Shown: positions 37,341-47,785 of the stretch, piece after piece | Layout of the letters: each line of letters begins with the position of its first letter | Numbering within the stretch: position 1 is the first letter of the stretch | Source: Thermoproteota archaeon | GTDB taxonomy: Archaea; Thermoproteota; EX4484-205; JAAOZP01 | Length of the DNA: 64,000 nt | Direction: 5' to 3' | Assembly: GCA_049700215.1 (NCBI GenBank) | Contig: JBNAVT010000001.1 | Coordinates: forward strand, 1-64,000 | The notes under the pieces: generated by a model | Databases searched by the model: none | What the model was told of the DNA's origin: nothing | Seen by the model: only the letters and a program-made list of their open reading frames with translations | Program-made: the position numbers and the translations under genes

Positions 37341-38129
37341 TCAATAGAAGTATTCCGGCGGTTCCCTTCTCCAGGTTGATTCCTGTTGTCGGGTTGCCTC
37401 CTCCATCAGTCTGTCGAAATCTCTGCTAGCTATTTCGATATCCTCCAGGTCAATATCGATCTTCAGCATTTCAGCCAGTTTCTCAAGCATGGTGTAAATG
37501 CTTCTGGGATAAACACTGGCGGAAGGGGGGGCTTGCCCCCATAGGCTTATCACGTCAATGCCTCTTTTTTGACACGCGAGAACTAAGAGCGAGTGTATGC
37601 CTACTGGTGCAGGCTGTCGGCTGCTCCCATATGTCACGTATCCTATTCCATACTCTTTCAACTCGTCTTTCAACTTCGGGTCTCCAACTACTGCCTCCAC
37701 CGGCTGTTCTCCCATGGCTGAAATCTCCGGACTCATGACTCCGCCAATTACGTATATCCTCCTAACTTTGTAAAAGCTTGCTAAATCAATAATCGCCTCC
37801 ACGTATTCGTTGGGTCTGAAATTAGGCTCGTCGGCAAGCAAGAATATTAAATCACTACCCCTAGTATTCTTATGGTAAAATAATTCCGTGGAGGACCATT
37901 CTATCTTTCTTATAATACCCTCCTCAATCCATCCTAATGGCCGAGAGTTTTGAAGGATGTAAAAATCGTAGGGAATCATCTCGCCGAATCTCCTTGCTCC
38001 CAATTTCCTTATCAAGTAGCCCACGCTTCCGCTTGAAATTCTTCCAGCATCCGCCCATCCCCTGAACCCTAGTACGAGCAGAGGATCTTTAAGCTCAGGC
38101 TCCTCGTAAATAATGAATCTCCCCTTCAT
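37341..38129 (-). CDS. PAC2 family protein (second paralog)
   Basis: LGFRGWADAG, EPNFR, YVIGG, SLWGQAP. Confidence 0.82.
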   Translation of the reverse strand: MKGRFIIYEEPELKDPLLVLGFRGWADAGRISSGSVGYLIRKLGARRFGEMIPYDFYILQNSRPLGWIEEGIIRKIEWSSTELFYHKNTRGSDLIFLLADEPNFRPNEYVEAIIDLASFYKVRRIYVIGGVMSPEISAMGEQPVEAVVGDPKLKDELKEYGIGYVTYGSSRQPAPVGIHSLLVLACQKRGIDVISLWGQAPPSASVYPRSIYTMLEKLAEMLKIDIDLEDIEIASRDFDRLMEEATRQQESTWRREPPEYFY

Positions 38130-38309
38130 CCGCTCGGTTTAAAACTTGATTGCAGGATTTAAATCTACTGTAACCGGAATACTGGATTTTCTGGCCGCTA
38201 CCGGGGCTCATCCTTCTCCAGGGACCTTGAGAAGAGGTTGAGGGTGTGTTGATAAAAAATAAAAACATATAACCGTAAAATTTATATATTCCGAGAGGTT
38301 TGTGCCCAC

Positions 38310-38555
38310 ATGGTTAAAACAACGATAATTCTGGACGATGAGCTTTACAAGAAGCTTGTTCAAGAAGCCTTGGAGAAGTATGGGACGACGAAAAAGCTTT
38401 CTAAACTCATAAACGAGAAGTTGAGGGGTGAGGATGTTTGGAAAGCGCATAGAAAGGAGAGGCTTAGGATAAGGCTTGGGAAGGATCTTAAACGGGAGGA
38501 TATTGAGAGGCTTATTGAAGACGGTTGGAGGGAGATAGTGAAATGGAGGCCGTGA
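38310..38555 (+). CDS. vapB: VapB-like antitoxin (RHH type)
   Basis: KTTIILDDELYKKL; overlaps downstream PIN gene. Confidence 0.75.
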   Translation: MVKTTIILDDELYKKLVQEALEKYGTTKKLSKLINEKLRGEDVWKAHRKERLRIRLGKDLKREDIERLIEDGWREIVKWRP

Positions 38556-38929
38556 TTGATACGAACGTACTGGTCTACGATACTTTCGAAGACTCTGTCT
38601 ATCATAAGGATGCGGAGAGCAGGCTCTCTAATCTTAGGAAATGGGTTATTCCAACAGTTGTACTTGAAGAGTTCGTGATTGTTTTACTTCAACTTAAGAT
38701 AGAAAGGAGCTTCATCAGGGAGAAATTGCTGGAGCTTCTTGAGGACGATAGGGTGGAAGTAGTCCCGCTTTCTAGACAAAACTTTCTAGACTCTGTTGGC
38801 ATGATTTCGAGGGAGAACGTTTCTTTTAAAAGGTTAAACGACAAGCTTATAGTTTCTGTCGCTAAAGCAAGAAGACTACCGGTCTTAACGTACGATAAAG
38901 AGCTTAAGAAGGAGCGTCAAGCATCGTAA
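38543..38929 (+). CDS. vapC: VapC PIN-domain toxin
   Basis: VIDTNVLV, VLEEF, NDKLI, TYD. Confidence 0.88.
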   Translation: MEAVIDTNVLVYDTFEDSVYHKDAESRLSNLRKWVIPTVVLEEFVIVLLQLKIERSFIREKLLELLEDDRVEVVPLSRQNFLDSVGMISRENVSFKRLNDKLIVSVAKARRLPVLTYDKELKKERQAS

Positions 38930-39269
38930 AAACTCATGGTCTTTCCCAAGTATGCAGCATCTGTTGAGCCCTTGGTTCTCCTTGTCTGGAGCCCTCCATA
39001 GAGCAACGCTTTCTCTGAAACCCTATGACTAAAGGCTTAAGACTGGTTTTCAACTCTGATCTGTCGGAAAAGCACTGGGATAATCTTCCTAAGTATCTAG
39101 CCTCTTCCAAGTCTTAAAGCCGGTCTCCAGCATGCAACCAGCCTGAATTGTTTTAGCACGAATGGGCAGCGTTAGGCAGTAAGTTTTAGTAAAACAGGAT
39201 TTCCATAACCAGAGTAAAGAGTTTGAAAAATCTTTAAAGCTACAGGCTGTTCAAAAGCAAGTTTGAGAA

Positions 39270-40379
39270 ATGGTTGTATACAGCGATAAGTTTCTGGCTC
39301 TGATGGGGGGTCGTTTCGGCAGGCCTAGGCGTGTTCCGCACTGGGAACACTGGTCCTGCCCGGATGCTGAAACATACATTACTGGTATCGAATACTACGA
39401 GCATCCTAGACTCTGCAGGTTGAAGATGGCTGAGCTCTACCCGCAGCTGGAGCTACCGGTTCCAGAGAGTGACAGGCCTATTCCCCGTCCGGAGAGCTTG
39501 ATGAACAGTGGAGACTTGTATGTTGACGAGTGTGGCCGTAGGCATGTCCGCTGGGGAGATTCGCTCACCAGCCATTGGAACTGGGGGAGAGTTGTTCAAG
39601 ACGCCGGAGGACGTTTTCGCCTTCTCGCCGTTGAGCCAGGGAGACTTCACTAATATTCCTGTGGTGGAGTCCCGCGACTACCGTGACGAGGAGAAGCTTT
39701 ACCGCGAGTATCGCGCCCGCTACCCGGCCGAGTGGGGCGACAGCGCACCCGAGGGCTCAACAGCCTCTGTTTCTTCAACACGATGTTCATGTGGCCACTT
39801 CTCACCTTCGGCTGGAGGCTGTTTCTGAGAACCTGCTTAGATAAGCGTTTCGAAAGGATAATGGACGAGTTTGCTGAGATCAATAGGCGTGTCTTCCGTG
39901 TTTTCGCAAGGCTACCCGTTAACTTCGTGGTTTGCCACGATGATATTGCTACTTCCCGTGGGCCCGTTCTTTCACCGGCTTGGATGCGGAAACTGGTTTT
40001 TCCACGCTATAGAGAGTTCTGGGGGATTCTGAGAGACGCTGGGAAGACTGTTATCTTCATGTCAGACGGGTGTTTGGATGTTTTTGCAGACGATGTTCTC
40101 GCATGCGGTGCTCAGGGAATTATAACTGAGCCCCATACGAACATTCAGGCAATAGCGCGTAGTCATCCGGATGTTTTCCTGGCTGGCGAGGGTGATTGCC
40201 GTATACTCCTGCGTAGCGACCCGGTTGAGATTGAAAACATGGTTAGGAGAATGGTGGAGACCGCTAAAACAGCAGGGGGTTACGCCTTCTGCGTTGGGAA
40301 CCATATTCCCTGGAATACGCCTCCGCAGGCTGTTAAACTCTATCTGGATCTCTGCGCTGAGCTTGGGCATCTGGACTAG
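39270..40379 (+). pseudogene. URO-D/MtaA-like methyltransferase family gene with +1 and -1 frameshifts
   Basis: CHDDIA..GP..SP.W....FP.Y, FMSDG, GNHIP; three overlapping ORFs. Confidence 0.75.
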
Positions 40380-40530
40380 TTTTTCCAAGCCTCTTTAAAG
40401 GCCTTTTGACAAGGGTTATTCCCCACGCCGGACTGAGGCTGCTCACGCTTTTCAGCGCTCTTTTCCAGCGCGCGTAGACCAGGGTTGAGGGGAAAGGGTT
40501 ATATAGCCTTGCTCGTTAAAACGGTTAAGG

Positions 40531-40941
40531 ATGTCTACTGTCCAAACCTACCGGGGCAGGACCTTGGAGGAGCTGAACAGTCTTTCGATGAACGAGTTGA
40601 TGAAGCTCCTTCCAGCCAGGATTAGGAGGAGTCTCAGAAGGGGGCTACATCCTGAGACTCGGAAGCTTCTTGAGACTGTTAGGAGGGTTAAGGCTGAGAT
40701 GGCTCAGACTGGGGTTCAGCCTAAGAGGATAAGGACGCATAGAAGGGATATGCCTATTCTCCCCGAGATGGTTGGATTAACCATTGAGGTTCACAACGGT
40801 AAGGACTTCATACCTGTTGAAATCACTCTGGATAAGGTTGGCCACTATCTAGGCGAGTTCGCAATAACCAACAAGAGGGTTGTTCACGGTAAGCCTGGAG
40901 TCGGAGCGAGCAAGGCTTCTACTTACGTGCCTTTGAAGTAA
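40531..40941 (+). CDS. rps19p: 30S ribosomal protein S19
   Basis: [22 protein letters not shown]. Confidence 0.96.
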   Translation: MSTVQTYRGRTLEELNSLSMNELMKLLPARIRRSLRRGLHPETRKLLETVRRVKAEMAQTGVQPKRIRTHRRDMPILPEMVGLTIEVHNGKDFIPVEITLDKVGHYLGEFAITNKRVVHGKPGVGASKASTYVPLK

Positions 40942-40974
40942 GGAAAAATAAAAAGATTGGGGAAAGTATTGGGC

Positions 40975-41205
40975 TTACTGCTTCTTAGGCTGCTCCTTCC
41001 AAACGTATGTTATCCTGTCGTCAATCACTAGGTATTCTCCACTGTCCTTGACTGAGACCATGGGTTTCTTCAATATTGTAGCTATCTTTCTAAGTCCTTC
41101 AAGCGACTTAACGTGTGCAACATATCCTTCAGGAGTTCTCTCAAGCTTGTCCACGTTCACTGCTCTGCGTATGCTGGGCTCGGCTTCAGCCGCCTCCTTG
41201 CTCAT
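40975..41205 (-). CDS. Small hypothetical protein inverted within ribosomal cluster
   Basis: 76-aa ORF, TATA-like TTAAAT upstream on minus strand. Confidence 0.65.
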   Translation of the reverse strand: MSKEAAEAEPSIRRAVNVDKLERTPEGYVAHVKSLEGLRKIATILKKPMVSVKDSGEYLVIDDRITYVWKEQPKKQ

Positions 41206-41310
41206 TTTCTATCGCTAAAGCTACTTTAGCCTAGGATTTAAGCATTGCCTATAACGGGCAAAATATTTAATAGTTGGCACATATTCCTCTCCTGCTCCCG
41301 CGAGCCAAAG

Positions 41311-41787
41311 GTGTCGGGTTTGCCAAGCTTCAAATACAGTCTGGTGGAGGTGGATAGGGCCCGTTCGGCTAAGGCCAGTCTCAGAGAGGTTAGAGTGTCT
41401 CCTAAACACTCGGTTGAGCTAGCCCGGTTTATAAAGGGTTTAAGGATACCTGAGGCTAGAGAGAGGCTGGAGGCGGTTGCGGAGAAAAGGCTCCCCGTCC
41501 CCTTTAAAAGGTACAGGAAGAAGGTTCCGCACAGGCGGGGGGTTTTAAAGACAGGCTCCGGGAGGTATCCTGTTAAGGCAGCCAGGTTCTTCCTGAGACT
41601 GCTGTCGCAGCTTGAGGCTAATGCTGAGTTTAAAGGATTGTCTCCAGACAGTATGAGGATAACCGGTGTCGTTGTCCACTGCGGCAGGAAGCTGAAAAGG
41701 TATACGCCCAGGGCCTTTGGAAGGGCTACGCCAAGGTTTGAAACCCTTGTTCACGTTGAGGCCCTGGCTGTTGAGGAGGCTGGTTGA
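41311..41787 (+). CDS. rpl22p: 50S ribosomal protein L22
   Basis: VSPKHS, GRYPVKAA, PRAFGRA. Confidence 0.95.
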   Translation: MSGLPSFKYSLVEVDRARSAKASLREVRVSPKHSVELARFIKGLRIPEARERLEAVAEKRLPVPFKRYRKKVPHRRGVLKTGSGRYPVKAARFFLRLLSQLEANAEFKGLSPDSMRITGVVVHCGRKLKRYTPRAFGRATPRFETLVHVEALAVEEAG

Positions 41788-41788
41788 C

Positions 41789-42436
41789 ATGTCGGCTAGG
41801 AGAAAAGTTATTTTCTACAAGAGGGTTCTCGAGTTCGGGAAGCTCCACCAGAAGATCGACGATTTCCTAAGGGAGTACTTGAAGGAGGCTGGTTACAATG
41901 GTGTCAGACTGATGAACATCCCGATGGGCCTAGTGGTCACGATATACACTAGTAAGCCGGGGTCTGTTATAGGTCCGGATGGGAGGAGCATAAGGGAGCT
42001 TCAGAATGCTCTCCAGAAAAAGTTTGGGCTTGAGAATCCTCAGGTTAACGTGGCTGAGGTTGAGAACCCTGATCTTGAGCCTCAGCTTGTTGCGCAAATG
42101 ATATGCAGGGCTCTGGAGCGGGGTGTTAAATATCGTAGGGCAGCCAGGGTTGCTCTACGAAGGATTGTCGCAGCCGGGGCCGTGGGGTGTGAGATAAGGA
42201 TAGCTGGTAAGCTGGCGACTGACAGAAGCAGGTTTGAAAAGTTTACGTACGGCTATATGCCTGCAGCCGGGGACCCGGCTATGAAGCATGTTAAAATCGG
42301 GAAGGCGAGCGTGCTGCTGCCGCAGGGCCTGATAGGGGTCAAGGTTAAGATTCTCCGTAAAGCATCCTTCCCAGACGAGGTTCAGATAATAGAGGCTCAG
42401 AAGGAGGCTGTTGAGGTTGGCGAGGCTAAAGGCTAG
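41789..42436 (+). CDS. rps3p: 30S ribosomal protein S3
   Basis: KH domain PGSVIG, GCEIRIAGKL, GLIGVKVKI. Confidence 0.95.
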   Translation: MSARRKVIFYKRVLEFGKLHQKIDDFLREYLKEAGYNGVRLMNIPMGLVVTIYTSKPGSVIGPDGRSIRELQNALQKKFGLENPQVNVAEVENPDLEPQLVAQMICRALERGVKYRRAARVALRRIVAAGAVGCEIRIAGKLATDRSRFEKFTYGYMPAAGDPAMKHVKIGKASVLLPQGLIGVKVKILRKASFPDEVQIIEAQKEAVEVGEAKG

Positions 42437-42617
42437 TGAAATAAGATCGATGCCTAGAGAGGAGAGGCTTAAGAGGCTTCGGGAGCTTAGGAGCGAGCTT
42501 ATGATGGCGAGGATGAGGGCTGCCTCAGGGCTGGAGGAGAACACTAAGATGGTTAGAGAGCTAAAACGCGCGATCGCAAGAATACTTACCGTCGAGAAGG
42601 AGGAGGATGGTAAGTGA
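42411..42617 (+). CDS. rpl29p: 50S ribosomal protein L29
   Basis: EIRSM..E, RELKRAIARILT. Confidence 0.93.
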   Translation: MRLARLKASEIRSMPREERLKRLRELRSELMMARMRAASGLEENTKMVRELKRAIARILTVEKEEDGK

Positions 42618-42883
42618 GGACCCCGAGTAACCTTGCGTACCATGAGCTGAATGGTCTGCAGGTTAGGGTTGTGAATTCGAGTAGCGGCTTCACTATTGCT
42701 TCAGGCAGGGTTGTCTGGGAGACGAAGAACACTTTCACCATACTGTCTGAGAAAGGCAGGCGTCTAAAAATACCTAAGCATGGTAACAGGTTCATTTTCA
42801 AACTTGGCGCTGCGGAAGTAGCCATTAACGGGGGCTCGATTGCTTTCAGGCCTGAGGACAGGACTGGGAGGGTTGACCCGTGA
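42614..42883 (+). CDS. rnp1: RNase P protein Rpp29
   Basis: HELNGL, GRVVWETKNT, RPEDR; conserved position. Confidence 0.9.
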   Translation: MRTPSNLAYHELNGLQVRVVNSSSGFTIASGRVVWETKNTFTILSEKGRRLKIPKHGNRFIFKLGAAEVAINGGSIAFRPEDRTGRVDP

Positions 42884-43203
42884 GCTTTCTTAAGGATCTT
42901 AGCATTTCTCCCCCGGAAGCCGGGTGCAGCGACAAGAAGTGTCCGTTCCACGGCGACGTGAAGATTAGGGGGAGTGTTTTCGAGGGGGTTGTCGTCTCAG
43001 ACAGAATGAGGAACACTGTGATCGTTATGAGAGAATACCTGCAGTATGTTCCGAAGTATAAGCGTTACATGAGGAAGAGGAGCAGAATACCTTCTCACAA
43101 CCCTCCCTGCGTCTCCGCCAGGACGGGGGATAGAGTTATAATAGGTGAAAGCAGGCCTTTAAGCAAGACGGTGCACTTCGTCGTGCTGGGGAAGGTGAAG
43201 TAG
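42880..43203 (+). CDS. rps17p: 30S ribosomal protein S17
   Basis: CPFHG, HNPPC, RPLSKT. Confidence 0.96.
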   Translation: MSFLKDLSISPPEAGCSDKKCPFHGDVKIRGSVFEGVVVSDRMRNTVIVMREYLQYVPKYKRYMRKRSRIPSHNPPCVSARTGDRVIIGESRPLSKTVHFVVLGKVK

Positions 43204-43204
43204 C

Positions 43205-43642
43205 ATGGCTGTGAAGAAATCCAGAGCGGTTTCCGCGAGAGGCATCTTAGAGTATAGGCTGAGGGGCTCCAGGGGTCTCCCAGTCGGAGCAAACCTTGTC
43301 TGCGCGGACAATTCTGGGGCTAAGCTCCTCAGGATTGTTCAGGTGGCTAAGTCCGGGGGACGGCTTAGGCGTCTACCTTCAGCCAAGGTCGGCGACCTGG
43401 TTACGGTTTCTGTTAAAAAGGGTACTCCCGACCTTAAGAACAAGCTTATGAAAGCGATAATAGTTAGGCAGCGTTTCCCCATAAGGAGGAGGGATGGTTT
43501 AAGAGTTGTTTTCGAGGATAATGCGGCTGTGCTTATGACGCCTGAAGGAGACTTGAAGGGTACTGAGGTTAAGGGACCGGTTGCCAAGGAGGCTGTAGAC
43601 CTGTGGCCTAAGCTTTCAGCACTAGCTTCATCGGTGGTGTAG
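43205..43642 (+). CDS. rpl14p: 50S ribosomal protein L14
   Basis: CADNSGAK, FEDNAAV, KGPVAKE. Confidence 0.96.
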   Translation: MAVKKSRAVSARGILEYRLRGSRGLPVGANLVCADNSGAKLLRIVQVAKSGGRLRRLPSAKVGDLVTVSVKKGTPDLKNKLMKAIIVRQRFPIRRRDGLRVVFEDNAAVLMTPEGDLKGTEVKGPVAKEAVDLWPKLSALASSVV

Positions 43643-43650
43643 GTGGGAGA

Positions 43651-43998
43651 ATGAACGAGAGACATTTAGCATACAGGGCTTCCTCCGTCCATCTGAGCCG
43701 TGAACTCAGGGGCAAGTATGGTTTTAGAAGCCTGCCTGTTAGAGCCGGGGACAGGGTCATGATAATCAGGGGAGACTATAAGGGTGTTGAGGGTGATGTG
43801 AACAGGGTTGACAGGGTAAGGGGCCGTGTTTACGTTTCAGGAGTCTACCGTGAGAATGCTCGCGGCGAGCAGCGCTTAATACCCATACCGTTAAGCTCTG
43901 TGATACTTGTTAAGATTGAGGATAAGGACAAGTGGAGGCAGCGCTTGATAGAGAGGAAGCGTGGGGCCGTTAAGGAGGCTTCGCAAAATGGCTCGTAA
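43651..43998 (+). CDS. rpl24p: 50S ribosomal protein L24
   Basis: LSRELRGKYG.RSLPVR.GD.V.I.RG KOW motif. Confidence 0.93.
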   Translation: MNERHLAYRASSVHLSRELRGKYGFRSLPVRAGDRVMIIRGDYKGVEGDVNRVDRVRGRVYVSGVYRENARGEQRLIPIPLSSVILVKIEDKDKWRQRLIERKRGAVKEASQNGS

Positions 43999-44710
43999 AG
44001 GCGGTTCTAAGAGTCTAAAGAGGTATGCTGCACCATCCGTAATGCAGGTTTCAAGCGTTAAGGAGAGGAAGTTCATCACCCGGCCCCAGCCCGGTCCGCA
44101 CAGCCTCAAAATGTCCCTGCCGTTACAGGTTCTCGTCAGAGACATTTTGAAAATGGCTGAAACTGGTAGGGAGGCGAAATACGTGATAAGCCACTCAATG
44201 GTTCTCGTAGACGGGGTTGTTAGGACTTCCCACAGGTTTCCAGTAGGCTTAATGGATGTTGTAAGCATGAAGGAGCTTGGCAAACACTACCGGGTTCTAG
44301 TGGACAAAAAGGGTAGGCTCATCCCGGTTGAAATACCGCCGGAGGAGGCTTCCATGAAAATATGCAGGATAAACAGGAAATACCTTTACAAGGGTAGGCT
44401 GAGACTCGCTACTGAGGATGGGAGAACATTTGAAACAGACGACTCGTCTCTGAACGTAGGGGGCTCGCTCCTAGTTAGGGTTCCGGAGGGCGCTATCCTA
44501 GACAAGGCGCCTCTCTCCGAGGGGAGCCTCGCATACGTGTTCATGGGTAAGCATACTGGCACCATGGGTACTGTTAGAAGAATCTCTGGGTCGAGCCTAG
44601 TTAGAGAGAGCATTGTTACGCTGGGGCTTGAAGACGGGAGTGAGGTAAACACGGTCAGGGACTACGTTATTATCGTTGGGAGGGATAAGCCTTGGCTGAA
44701 ACTGTTCTAG
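43988..44710 (+). CDS. rps4e: 30S ribosomal protein S4e
   Basis: LKRYAAP, PGPH, FPVGLMDV. Confidence 0.96.
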   Translation: MARKGGSKSLKRYAAPSVMQVSSVKERKFITRPQPGPHSLKMSLPLQVLVRDILKMAETGREAKYVISHSMVLVDGVVRTSHRFPVGLMDVVSMKELGKHYRVLVDKKGRLIPVEIPPEEASMKICRINRKYLYKGRLRLATEDGRTFETDDSSLNVGGSLLVRVPEGAILDKAPLSEGSLAYVFMGKHTGTMGTVRRISGSSLVRESIVTLGLEDGSEVNTVRDYVIIVGRDKPWLKLF

Positions 44711-45231
44711 ACGAGAGGAAAGCACAGGAGAATCCTATGAGGAGGATAATGATCGAGAAGGTTGTTGTTAACATTTCCCCCGGGAAGCCGGGTGAGCCCC
44801 TTGAGAAGGCTAAGCAAGTTTTAACACTTCTAACCGGCATGAAGCCTGTTGAAAGAAGGGCTAGGAAAACAATAAAGGAGTTCGGCGTAAGGAGGCGTGA
44901 AGCCATAGCTGCAATAGTGACTCTAAGGGGCAGGAAGGCTGAGGAGTTCCTCGAGAAGGCTTTCACCGCCGTCGGCAGGAGGGTTAAGGCTTCCAGCTTT
45001 CAGAACGGGGTCTTCAGCTTCGGCGTGAAGGAGCATATTCAGTTTCCAGGGGTTAAGTATGATCCTAAGATCGGTGTACTGGGCATGGATGTCTGCGTTA
45101 AGCTTTGCAGGCCAGGGTTCCGCGTGACGTATAGGAGGCGCCGGAGGAGCAGGGTGGGCAGGGCTCACAGGATAACAAGGGAGGAGACGATTAACTTTAT
45201 GAGGGAGCGTTTTGGGCTGGAGGTTGTCTGA
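44692..45231 (+). CDS. rpl5p: 50S ribosomal protein L5
   Basis: [28 protein letters not shown]. Confidence 0.96.
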   Translation: MAETVLDERKAQENPMRRIMIEKVVVNISPGKPGEPLEKAKQVLTLLTGMKPVERRARKTIKEFGVRRREAIAAIVTLRGRKAEEFLEKAFTAVGRRVKASSFQNGVFSFGVKEHIQFPGVKYDPKIGVLGMDVCVKLCRPGFRVTYRRRRRSRVGRAHRITREETINFMRERFGLEVV

Positions 45232-45233
45232 AA

Positions 45234-45395
45234 ATGGCTCGGCAAACCCCTAAGAAGAGGACTTTCGGCAAGGGTTCTAGACCCTGCGTGAGGTGCGGCG
45301 CATACGGGCCGGTAATCAGACAGTACGGCCTGAACTATTGTAGACACTGCTTCAGGGAGGTTGCTCCACTACTGGGCTTCAGGAAGTATAATTAG
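45234..45395 (+). CDS. rps14p: 30S ribosomal protein S14 (not in ORF track)
   Basis: [40 protein letters not shown]. Confidence 0.95.
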   Translation: MARQTPKKRTFGKGSRPCVRCGAYGPVIRQYGLNYCRHCFREVAPLLGFRKYN

Positions 45396-45407
45396 GGTGT
45401 TGCGCGA

Positions 45408-45800
45408 ATGACTCTTAATGATCCCCTGGCCAACGCGTTGACGGCTCTTCAAAACGCTGACTTGCGCAGGAAGAGGGAGTGCGTAATCTCTCCTGCTTCA
45501 AACCTCATCGGCCACGTGCTTAAGATTCTCCAGCAATCAGGCTACATAGGCGAGTTCGAGTTTATAGATGACGGTAAAGCAGGCTTCTTCAGGGTTCAGC
45601 TCGTCGGGAGGATCAACAAGTGTAGGGCGATTAAGCCCAGGTTCCCAGCATCCTACCGCGATATTGAGAAGTTTGAGAAAATGTTTCTCCCGGCTTACAG
45701 CGTTGGGCTTCTAATCGTTTCAACACCCCAGGGCTTAATGACACACTCAGAGGCTAAGAGCAAGAAGGTTGGAGGAAGGCTGATCGCGTATGTCTACTAG
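45408..45800 (+). CDS. rps8p: 30S ribosomal protein S8
   Basis: DPLANAL, GYIGEFE.IDDG, STPQG. Confidence 0.96.
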   Translation: MTLNDPLANALTALQNADLRRKRECVISPASNLIGHVLKILQQSGYIGEFEFIDDGKAGFFRVQLVGRINKCRAIKPRFPASYRDIEKFEKMFLPAYSVGLLIVSTPQGLMTHSEAKSKKVGGRLIAYVY

Positions 45801-46359
45801 CGCTCTCGAGCCTGCTGTGCATTCGGCAACCGTGGAAATACCTGATGGTGTAAGAATCAGCCTGCAGTATTCAACTGTGACTGTTGAGGGGCCTCTTGGA
45901 AAGCTTTCCAGAGACTTTTCACACACCGGTTTGAAACTTGCTCTAGAAGGAAACGTTCTAAAGGTTTTCAGCGTGAACAAGGGTAGAAGGTTTAAGGCGA
46001 GGGTTGGAACCGTCGCGAAGCTTGTTAGGAACATGATCGAAGGCGTTCTCCACGGTTACGTCGCTAGGTTGAAAGTCGTCTATTCCCACTTCCCCGTCAC
46101 GGTTAAGTATGATAAGCATACTGGAACGGTTTCCATACATAATTTCATGGGTGAGAAGTCGCCTAGGCTCTTCAAAATACCTTTTCCAAACGTTGACATT
46201 CAGGTTTCGGGTCAAGACATAACCGTCACGGGGCTCGACAAGAACGAGGTTACTCAGGTTGCAGCCATGTTCGAATTAGCAACCAAGATTAAGGATAAGG
46301 ATCCAAGGATCTACGTCGACGGCATATACGTTGTTGAGAAAGGATTATGGAGGAAGTGA
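45790..46359 (+). CDS. rpl6p: 50S ribosomal protein L6
   Basis: [22 protein letters not shown]. Confidence 0.96.
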   Translation: MSTSALEPAVHSATVEIPDGVRISLQYSTVTVEGPLGKLSRDFSHTGLKLALEGNVLKVFSVNKGRRFKARVGTVAKLVRNMIEGVLHGYVARLKVVYSHFPVTVKYDKHTGTVSIHNFMGEKSPRLFKIPFPNVDIQVSGQDITVTGLDKNEVTQVAAMFELATKIKDKDPRIYVDGIYVVEKGLWRK

Positions 46360-46361
46360 AG

Positions 46362-46775
46362 ATGACTCCTGAAGCTAGGAAGCTGCTCTCCGCCAGGAGG
46401 AGGCGGAAGGAAACAAAGCCTGAGTTCGTCAGGCAGGAGAGCTGGCGCTACATCAGGCTTAGTGAAAACTGGCGTAGGCCTAGGGGGAAGGATAGTAAGA
46501 TGAGGCTCAGCGTCAAGGGCTGGCCTAAGACTGTCAACATTGGCTACGGCACGCCGAGGCCGGCTAGGGGCCTCCATCCCTCAGGCCTAAAGCCAGTCCT
46601 CGTCTCCTCAAAGCGAGACTTGGAGAAAGCAGGTTCACCGGAGGGTAAGATACTGGTCTTCTCCTCCAGGCTCGGCAGGAGGCTGAGGGAGGCTCTTGCC
46701 AAGGAGGCTTCTTCCAGAGGCTTCGCTATAGCGAACTACGAGAGGAAGGTTATTGAGAAGGCTGAGGAGGGTTAG
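46362..46775 (+). CDS. rpl32e: 50S ribosomal protein L32e
   Basis: WRRPRG.DSKMR, RGLHPSG. Confidence 0.95.
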   Translation: MTPEARKLLSARRRRKETKPEFVRQESWRYIRLSENWRRPRGKDSKMRLSVKGWPKTVNIGYGTPRPARGLHPSGLKPVLVSSKRDLEKAGSPEGKILVFSSRLGRRLREALAKEASSRGFAIANYERKVIEKAEEG

Positions 46776-46778
46776 GGG

Positions 46779-47210
46779 TTGAGCATTAAGACTGTTAGGA
46801 GACTGGCTGCTGACATCATGAAGGTCGGGGAGTCGAGAATCTGGATAGACCCGGCGAGGATTGAAGAGGTTGAGGATGCTATCACAAGGGCTGACGTCAG
46901 GAGGCTTATTAAAAGCGGCGTGATAAGGGAGAAGCCTCCCTCAACCCCGAGCCGGGGGAGGGTTAGGGAGAGAAGCGGGAGAAGAGGCCCTGGAAGCAGG
47001 AAGGGCGCCAAGGGCGCCAGGATGACTGTGACATGGGTTGAGAGAGTCAGGGCTCAGAGAAGTCTTCTAAAGCAGCTTAGGGACAAGGGGGTTGTTTCCA
47101 GGAGGCTCTACAGGAGGCTCTACCTGATGGTTAAGGGGGGAGCTTTCTCCAGCAGGAGGGTTTTAATGAACTATGTTGCTTCGCTGAAGGAGAGGGGTGA
47201 GGCGGCTTAA
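46779..47210 (+). CDS. rpl19e: 50S ribosomal protein L19e
   Basis: RRLAA, RIWIDP, GPGSRKG. Confidence 0.95.
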   Translation: MSIKTVRRLAADIMKVGESRIWIDPARIEEVEDAITRADVRRLIKSGVIREKPPSTPSRGRVRERSGRRGPGSRKGAKGARMTVTWVERVRAQRSLLKQLRDKGVVSRRLYRRLYLMVKGGAFSSRRVLMNYVASLKERGEAA

Positions 47211-47785
47211 TGGCTAGGTCAGCATCCTACAGGGTTAAGTTTAAGCGTCGCAGGAATGGTTTTACAGACTACTATCTGAGAACCAAGCTTCTCAGGTCAG
47301 GCTTACCAAGGGTCGTCGTAAGGGTTTCGAACAAGCATGTACGCGTGACGGTTGTTTCAAGCAGGCCTACGGGTGACATTGTGGTTGCTTCAGCGTTTTC
47401 CCAGGAGCTTAAAGGATTCGGCTGGCCCTTCAGCTTCAACAATACTCCGGCAGCCTATCTTACAGCATACTTAGCTGGATTAAGGTGTTTGAAGAAAAAT
47501 GTTTCAGAGGGTATTCTAGACGCTGGGCTCAGTAAGCCGACTAAGGGTGGAAGAATATATGCTGCTTGCAGCGGGCTTCTAGACGCGGGCTTTAAGGTGA
47601 GGGTTGATCCGTCTATGCTTCCGGATAAGGTCAGGATAACGGGGGGACACATAGTCAGCTTTTTCAAAGAATCTGGGGGGCAAGGTTTTTCAAGGTATGT
47701 TGAAGCCGGCCTGAAGGTGGAGGAGATGCCGAGAATACTGGAGGAGGTTAAAAGCAGGATTAGGGAGGCTGTTGGAAATGGCTGA
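47210..47785 (+). CDS. rpl18p: 50S ribosomal protein L18
   Basis: RRR.G.TDY..R, NTPAAYLT. Confidence 0.95.
   Translation: MARSASYRVKFKRRRNGFTDYYLRTKLLRSGLPRVVVRVSNKHVRVTVVSSRPTGDIVVASAFSQELKGFGWPFSFNNTPAAYLTAYLAGLRCLKKNVSEGILDAGLSKPTKGGRIYAACSGLLDAGFKVRVDPSMLPDKVRITGGHIVSFFKESGGQGFSRYVEAGLKVEEMPRILEEVKSRIREAVGNG

Noticed and set aside
38930-39260. Possible transposase remnant
   Set aside because: All frames examined are short with no recognisable motif
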